A DNA stretch of 25,000 nt from NCBI GenBank assembly GCA_017499595.2, contig JAFIQS020000021.1:1-25000 (forward strand). The letters run 5' to 3'. The notes beneath the pieces were generated by a model that saw nothing but the letters and a program-made list of their open reading frames with translations, did not search any database and was not told where the DNA came from. Position numbers and translations under genes: made by a program. This document shows positions 20,801 to 25,000 of this stretch, in pieces. Every line of letters begins with the position of its first letter. The first letter of the stretch is position 1. This DNA is from Psilocybe cubensis. Taxonomy: Eukaryota.

Positions 20801-23172
20801 ATTTATATGCCATTAGTAGACGTCTGTCACAAGTGTTTAACGACGATACACTGTTCGGAGGTATATCAATGATCTTAGCTGGTGACTTCGCTCAGCTACC
20901 GCCGGTAGGTAATCTCCCCTTTTATAGTCCTTCCATTAAACATACGCAAGACGCTCGCATGAAGGTGTCCGAGCAAGAAGCTACTCTAGGCAAGATATTC
21001 TGGCACCAATTCACGACTGTCGTTATTCTAAAACAAAACATGAGACAAAAAACGCAGACTGAGGAAGACGCAAAGTTGCGCACTGCACTTGAAAACATGC
21101 GGTATGCCGCCTGTACAGACGCTGATATATCGTTCCTCAAGTCAAGGTTAGCTTCTAAACTGACGACTATTGAAGGTAAACCTATATTGACTGACCCTGC
21201 TTTTCGCAACGTATCTGTTATCACTGCGTGGAATAATCAAAAGGATAGGTTCAATGAGCAGGGCATCGCAAGATACGCTAAAGAGAGCGGACGTACATTG
21301 CATCATTTTTTCTCTGTCGATAGTCTGGGTACACAAGAAGGAGAAACTCGCAGGCCTCGCGGACGACCATCAGGATCGTCTAAAGCAACCAAACAGACAA
21401 AGATGTCCCAGCGTCTTCAGGAAGCCCTATGGGGTCGCAGCGCCTGTTCTAGCGAACAAGTGCCAGCAAAACTTTCTCTGTGCGTAGGTCTGCCAGTTAT
21501 GATACGGCATAACGACGCCACAGAGTTGTGTATCACTAAAGGACAGGAGGCTGTCGTCGTAGGATGGGAATCTTCTGTTGGTGCGTTTGGTAGACCTGTA
21601 CTTGATACGCTGTTCGTGGAATTAATCAGACCGCCGAACCCTGTATCATTAGCTGACTTGCCTGTTAATGTTGTTCCACTTACGCGAACGTCGTCTCGAG
21701 TAACATGTACTCTCAAGTCTGGCACAAAAATCAATGTAAACCGCCAGCAGGTATTAGTGCTGCCCAATTTTGCCATGACCGATTATTCGTCTCAAGGTAA
21801 GACGCGAGATTATAACTTGATACATTTAGATCATTGTAAGGATCATTCGTCTTATTACACCTGTGTATCTAGAAGTTCGAACGCCAGTGGTACCATCTTA
21901 CTCGGTAGATTCGATGCGTCTAAGATTACAAAGGGTATTAGTGGGCACCTGCGCCAGGAATTCCGTGAACTCAATATATTAGATCATATCACCACCATGA
22001 AATACAATGGACAGCTTCCAGACGGCGTGTTGCATGGATTAAGGAATCCGACAATTCGGTCTTTCATGCTTCTCGACGTATCGCAATCCATTGGTACAGA
22101 CTGGCATCCTACCTTGGCAGTCTCTTCATCAAAGCAGCTTATCAGAACTCCGGAAAAGGACGGCACCTGGTCTCTCAACAGTGTTAAGGCAATTGTCACC
22201 GACAGGGCAAAAGATAAGCGCAATAAGCGCCAACCAATTCGCTCAGACTGTATAGGACCGAGGAAACGAATGTTGCTAAGCACACCCTCCGAGTTTGCGG
22301 TCCTACCTGTAGGTACAAAGTGGGACGCGGACAACTACAGTTGCAGTTACGACTCCATCTTTACCGTGTTATATAACCTATGGATAAGTGCACCTGAGAT
22401 GTGGACCAATAGATTCAGTGATTTGACACCGTTATTAGACAGACTCAGCGGACAATTCGCACTTGTGCAGAATGGATCAATTTCTCTAGAGAGCGCACGA
22501 AACGACGTCAGAAACGATATGCACTCACGCAGCCCGCTTGATTTTCCTATGGGTCCAAATATGACATACATTGACAGAGTTATGACCGCTGTGATGGGCC
22601 AGCGATCTTCTGGAATGTCTGTTCTCGTGTGCAGTAAATGCGGCTACAATGACCAAAGACCCGTAATGCGACTAGGCGAATATATAAGTGTGGCACGCAC
22701 TGGCGTTTTCCACGACGACTCCCAGGAGGTGTCTTCTATTTCAGACAGTTTAGGTTTTAACCTGAGCGATGCTCAACGATTGAGTTCGAAGAATTGCCCT
22801 TCGTGTGCACAAAATCAGCATATCGTATATATGTCGCTATGCCATAAGGTTGAACGATTACCTTACATTATGACAGTGGATATATGCTCGCCACGGTTTG
22901 CTATAAACCCTGATATTATGTTCAAATCGGATAGTTTCAACGTAGAGTATAAGCTTACTGGGGTTGTCTACGGCGGGCAACATCATTTTGTTTCTCGGTA
23001 TGTTGACCTGCAAGGGGACGTGTGGTTCCACGACGGCATTACTACTGGAAATAGATGCGTAAAGGAGGGTAATGTTCATGACCTTGTTAATGATGTATCT
23101 CAATGGCTACGCATTTCCGTAAATGGGGGAAACTTGAAACATGCATTGTATGCTATTTACGCGAGGGAATAA
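14857..23172 (+). CDS. Helitron-type Rep-helicase (RepHel) polyprotein, ~2771 aa, intronless, with a C-terminal USP-like protease domain
   Basis: Frame open from 14815 (first ATG 14857; true start uncertain). DUF6570-like region (CMVCG, SLANHLWLG, LQDLSFAERMMIAR, VRRNKVADALEWLKLNHKDY; ~16530-17190). FPWLFPYGYGG. Rep motif 1 WFITLSP, HUH motif EQQGRLTLHLH (18229-18237), Y2 motif YISDYISK (18919-18942). PIF1 helicase: GMGGTGKS (20521-20544), APTGTAA, IDEISM (20770-20787), GDFAQLPPV, KQNMRQ, FAMTDYSSQGKT, YTCVSR. Confidence 0.93.
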   Translation: MLSSCIAVNQQLFKTNNWSIDFCLPCGEFPTYDVRFPGNNLLRSRTCTRSSSVSSGHKVCRVRLTVVLVHVMHCLNRTTTSASEIPVKQSHSYGNVRLLHSQFRRFIYIDCHSMSAYLWLRFTPATYTRRVSILVSLLLQRNHLRKWEYNRCLVAILPRCALHQFTLDRHYTQPRLWSEKYPFINIVSKGVLMYPFQCSWLFGLNYFHYISFTANVSECSYYHPSDVLQGGGGGVSKVVSSEILRYRVVQDTGCASVQAKTKYRFVKYLATDAHISTSIDNISDLIVARFSLFDTASWLSVSEIRSIASLHGVYGINSTTNRGNAIELLRDHVCGTCLRNVCIFERVVSVSDRKIKSNSSSCNPDRQFELTDSAVNFSRFVSSALIESHIVPYSGTASFNYSDTYKFVRYMPYIRDLESFLSAEASAPHKRRLVLCRFSIQSATKWLTSSELRDVLKEHGITSFNSKTKKSALIKLTDGHECGICSTHLYIFEAIPSTVNSEESIMHNRNQNVLHKRASRERQRQAGAESANSDVDMLNGDAFVSTSDSDHTSNDHVFPPQPPSKLLIEEIINGFCADSSASLLEEAGCMVCGLLQPLHNLTHLSMFDHPLDILAVEGATRVERLHPDDPVKDIPGPVIDPACNHVCDTCSAALKKGHVPRHSLANHLWLGKIPSQLQDLSFAERMMIARIRHNRCLVRVSSGRAKMTANVIMYSNPTLKVYHELPPSKPELDEVLAFIFTGPTQPTEEEFKRSPMLVRRNKVADALEWLKLNHKDYIDLEISKKNLQSYPLIGVPVAVDYRQRNGTNRMESTMSLHDEGEDEGTVDGPCPFTVHGLSGTDYGNMSIQALKAKALQHIENEGKMLAIGHDPKPQSMYDNPQAYPQMFPWLFPYGYGGIGQHCHKRKLSESEHKRILLMHHDKRFQRDLYFPIIAFNHEQLKGGVTGSFLVAKRRNFDAISKRLLSIDKTVLQDISSRLVNGDHVSPETDSEKDCYKLLDDLDHVGGYVKGSITSKKYMRNEIWSLLSFKGCPIWFITLSPADNRHPISIYYAKEQLTFTPDILPSSERNRLVAQNPVSAARFFHLIIELFIKHVLGVGSNIHRGLYGKTSAYYGTVEQQGRLTLHLHMLLWIENCLSPQQIRDRIMNNDSAFQASLLSYLEGCHQGEFLTGNMQTVKDRVPHIYDKEIDGLHSIIQEDDEAVNSSYADPTLTLPIPVEHACQDSNGPDHCTSCISNAEWWDNYETTVDDIILKSNVHRCTVSYGQQIDDPDGSKGIKNMPKGPKGCLDWNGNCKARFPRRLYEQSQVDHVDGHIFLKKLEAMLNTFTLPLSYLTRSNTDVTCLLSGTSIKAIIYYISDYISKPALKTYQIFTSMYDVFEREEKKVKDDVKIEGKDAGRRLMLKIVNSLSSKMEIGSPMASLYLLGNPDHYTDHTFVPFWWRSFVSDARSSHKSGITDDQAAHLPTVEDLENAEDEEQKVILARHDGHYVGSSNVDDYKYRPVTQEDMSLFDWIRSYERRKLTKNEMERLRSETLTFEDDHASDIREGGGMEDFIDACLGIPADDDSDQRVKYDGVRKNIKINKRSFERFTEEHPLYSTHVVKCDSSRAHNIVPNFLGGPLPRRDKGDREYYCCSMLTLFKPWRSGLDLKSLHQTWEHAFTIYAFSDRQLKLMDNFNLRYECLDDRDDFHAQLRRKDGEQQDVYTDELYPDGCGLDDQYNDFVGLEFGEDHLDYEEIGEAYRREVLLKREVDGIIQSAGLFSNASSDVTCQEVSMFRPAEYKTHTSWASLIKAEKIRLFKQKLSGYVPSDPSDDITNIHISNEESTNDVKVVSSDYLLRSYKAKQMEHNVLVDSTVADFTLNTEQERAFRIVANHASLLSPGQLRMHLGGMGGTGKSQVIKSIIHMFESRGESHRFVVLAPTGTAAALLNGSTYHSVLGIRSKSDRGQDFSKNEVAVINDVRARLKGVKYIFIDEISMLSSRDLYAISRRLSQVFNDDTLFGGISMILAGDFAQLPPVGNLPFYSPSIKHTQDARMKVSEQEATLGKIFWHQFTTVVILKQNMRQKTQTEEDAKLRTALENMRYAACTDADISFLKSRLASKLTTIEGKPILTDPAFRNVSVITAWNNQKDRFNEQGIARYAKESGRTLHHFFSVDSLGTQEGETRRPRGRPSGSSKATKQTKMSQRLQEALWGRSACSSEQVPAKLSLCVGLPVMIRHNDATELCITKGQEAVVVGWESSVGAFGRPVLDTLFVELIRPPNPVSLADLPVNVVPLTRTSSRVTCTLKSGTKINVNRQQVLVLPNFAMTDYSSQGKTRDYNLIHLDHCKDHSSYYTCVSRSSNASGTILLGRFDASKITKGISGHLRQEFRELNILDHITTMKYNGQLPDGVLHGLRNPTIRSFMLLDVSQSIGTDWHPTLAVSSSKQLIRTPEKDGTWSLNSVKAIVTDRAKDKRNKRQPIRSDCIGPRKRMLLSTPSEFAVLPVGTKWDADNYSCSYDSIFTVLYNLWISAPEMWTNRFSDLTPLLDRLSGQFALVQNGSISLESARNDVRNDMHSRSPLDFPMGPNMTYIDRVMTAVMGQRSSGMSVLVCSKCGYNDQRPVMRLGEYISVARTGVFHDDSQEVSSISDSLGFNLSDAQRLSSKNCPSCAQNQHIVYMSLCHKVERLPYIMTVDICSPRFAINPDIMFKSDSFNVEYKLTGVVYGGQHHFVSRYVDLQGDVWFHDGITTGNRCVKEGNVHDLVNDVSQWLRISVNGGNLKHALYAIYARE
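15571..16335 (+). repeat. Two tandem ~110-aa protein repeats (helix-extension-helix-like segment plus H...HxCxxC putative Zn site) within RepHel
   Basis: Repeat 1 (15571-15891): VSSEIL...KYRFVKY...RFSL...WLSVSEIRSIASLHGV...HVCGTC...IFE. Repeat 2 (15997-16335): VSSALI...TYKFVRY...RFSI...WLTSSELRDVLKEHGI...HECGIC...IFE. Confidence 0.8.
22306..23172 (+). other. USP/peptidase C19-like papain-fold cysteine protease domain at the RepHel C-terminus
   Basis: Cys box WDADNYSCSYDS (Cys 22342-22344); CSKC (22630-22641) and CPSC (22795-22806) Zn-finger pairs; His box YKLTGVVYGGQHHFVSRY (His 22984-22986) followed by WFHDG (Asp 23032-23034); terminal ALYAIY strand. Confidence 0.75.
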
Positions 23173-23774
23173 GATGAAAATTTATCCAAAGTGTTTTATG
23201 GTTATGGAGGCCTCAGTTGATACATGCTCAGATAACAACTGTTTATATTCATATCAGTATGGTATTTATCGTTCGATAGTGTCGCAGCGTATCAGTCTAT
23301 TAGACTCAGCTGTATAATCTGAACCCATAGACTACATTGCATCGAGCATCGTGTGGTTGAAAGGACGATCCAAAAGCGTGGGAGAATGTCGTACATGTTC
23401 CTTTAATACCTTCGCATCAAAGGGATATCGGAACTTGCCGAAATTTCGTTCACCGCTCTGTTTAAGAACTGTGCCTATCCGACTTGAACACCTTTTTCGA
23501 CGTTGTCATTTGCTGCCACATCGTACCAGTATTCGTATCTTCAAGGCTAATATACAATATTTGTTAGGCTGTAGGTTATATTACGATATATGATAGAAAT
23601 ATTGATGGTATTCTAAATGTGTTCAAATCGATAGTTCATTTTGAAGAACACCTTAAACCTGTCAGCGACTGCTTTGCAGAGTCGTTGCTTTAGTATGTCT
23701 ATATCTACTCACGCAATGCTATACATATAAACGGCAAATTTTTAATTTTTTTTCTGCTTCTTTTTAGACTACCT

Positions 23775-25000
23775 ATGGCTCCCAACCCATTCTTGGACTT
23801 AGAAGCGAATGTCGATCACGGAGATTCAGAGGATGGTTCAGCCGAATCTGACGAATTTGGTGCGCATAATATTTCGTTTTACTCAGTCTCATGTCATTCC
23901 AACATACGAGATAAACCAAATTTACTCGCAGAATGCTTCATCGACGACGGAACTCAATCCCATGAAGATTGTGACGGTTCATCATCTGTGGCAATGGACA
24001 AACCCATTCCTGTTACAAAGAGAGACCGACTGGCCCTCGTAATTCAACAAATTGAAGAGAGAACACGTGGTAGATCTCACTCACTGCCCGCCTCTGATAT
24101 GTACCGGGGTGTGGAACCATTGTATTCAAACGCTGACAATCCTACTGTTTTGTCACCGCACGGAAACACTGATTCGGGCTTCGAAAATCTGCCCACGGAC
24201 TATCCTACATGGAGGATTGGATGTAAAGTAAGTTTAATACCATCGAATTAAATTTGTGTGTTGCCAACCATATCGATGAACAATACGTAAGGTCGGATAC
24301 GAAGAAATCGCGGTCGCTTCTTTACTCAAAAACTCGCGCCGAGAACATCATATTCGGTCCGCGTTTTCACGCAGTTCTGTACATGGATACATATACTTGG
24401 AATGTTTGATGGATCAGCCTATGATTGACCTTATCAAAAGATCGCCCGGCATCATCGTAAAAACTACGGACGTGCTCCTGAGTCCGATCGATAAGAATGA
24501 GGCTCAGCAACTGTTGTACATGGGAGGGGACATTACGAACCTATCGGTCGGAAAATGGCTCAAGGTTAAACGAGGTGTATACAAAGGCGATGTAGGCTTT
24601 GTCGTTTCGAAAGGATCGTGGGGGGTGTCAATGCTTATGATCCCCCGTTACGAGTACGTGTCCACCAAAACGAAGTCATCTCGTAAACGGAAGACATACA
24701 CTGCGGTGCCCGCGCCTAAGCTATTCGATCCGACAGGCCTTCGTAACTCTCATTTATACATAGAATCAGGCAGAGCATCTGTCTATCGCGTAGGTGATCT
24801 GATCTTTGAGCATGGTTTGGCCCGGGTGGACTACGATCCCAGACACGTTGCCTCATGTCGTGAAGGTCTGAGTTACGTGACGTATACATCATTTTGTATG
24901 AGTGGGCATCCCGCACTCCATCACGCGCCGATACCAAAGCCAAAGGAATGGATCATGCGAACCATGGAATGGGTGGTAATGAGATCTACAGGTTGGCTCG
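23775..25000 (+). CDS. Divergent Spt5-like transcription elongation factor paralogue (acidic N-terminus, NGN domain, KOW1); 3' end beyond the window
   Basis: Exons 23775-23859, 23932-24227, 24292->25000 (open to the window end). NPFLDLEANV and FIDD acidic N-terminal motifs; NGN motifs WRIGCKVGYEE and IRSAFSRSSVHGYIYLE; KOW1 GKWLKVKRGVYKGDVGFV, LMIPR, PAPKLFDP. TATAAA at 23726-23731. Confidence 0.85.

Larger units (their letters stand above)
7957..25000 (+). mobile_element. Large multi-gene Helitron/Helentron-like rolling-circle element (left end tentative, right end apparently beyond the window)
   Basis: Contains an intact Rep(HUH-Y2)-PIF1 helicase ORF. It is flanked by spliced genes of non-housekeeping appearance, and a strong hairpin sits where the + strand switches to T-rich sequence (~7970-8000). 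The core is well supported; inclusion of the flanking genes and the exact limits are inferred. Confidence 0.7.

Noticed and set aside
15716-23103. Many short alternative-frame and antisense ORFs inside the RepHel ORF
   Set aside because: They are shadow ORFs of a long coding sequence and none carries recognisable motifs.
23173-23774. Canonical Helitron 3' end (hairpin plus CTRR|T) right after RepHel
   Set aside because: No exact match found by eye; only the imperfect hairpin reported as a low-interest finding.
1-25000. CRISPR arrays, tRNA/rRNA genes, LTRs, reverse transcriptase, tyrosine recombinase or capsid genes
   Set aside because: No regularly spaced repeats or diagnostic motifs were seen. 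The sequence is spliceosomal-intron-containing eukaryotic DNA, and the only mobility enzyme found is the HUH Rep-helicase.

Overview
Intron-rich fungal (probably basidiomycete/agaric-type) genomic DNA in two parts. Bases 1-7000 hold ordinary host genes: an 11-exon MFS drug:H+ antiporter-like transporter (779-2887), a possible degenerate ORF (3132-4175) and an 8-exon secreted GH17 beta-1,3-glucanase/transglycosylase (5308-6608). From about 7960 to the window end lies what looks like an intact, large, multi-gene rolling-circle (Helitron/Helentron-like) element. It opens with a 28-nt hairpin (7967-7994). Next come a divergent pair of spliced genes of unknown function (8507-9637 minus; 10656-14123 plus), both with beta-rich C-terminal domains that could be OB-fold ssDNA-binding modules. 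The second of these parses with 13 consecutive phase-2 introns. Then follows an intronless ~2770-aa ORF (14857-23172) combining tandem helical/Zn repeats, a DUF6570-like region, an HUH-Y2 Rep nuclease, a PIF1-family helicase and a C-terminal USP-like (papain-fold) cysteine protease. Last is a divergent Spt5 (NGN+KOW) paralogue running off the window (23775->25000). All exon structures were parsed by eye. Element boundaries and functions of the accessory genes are inferences.
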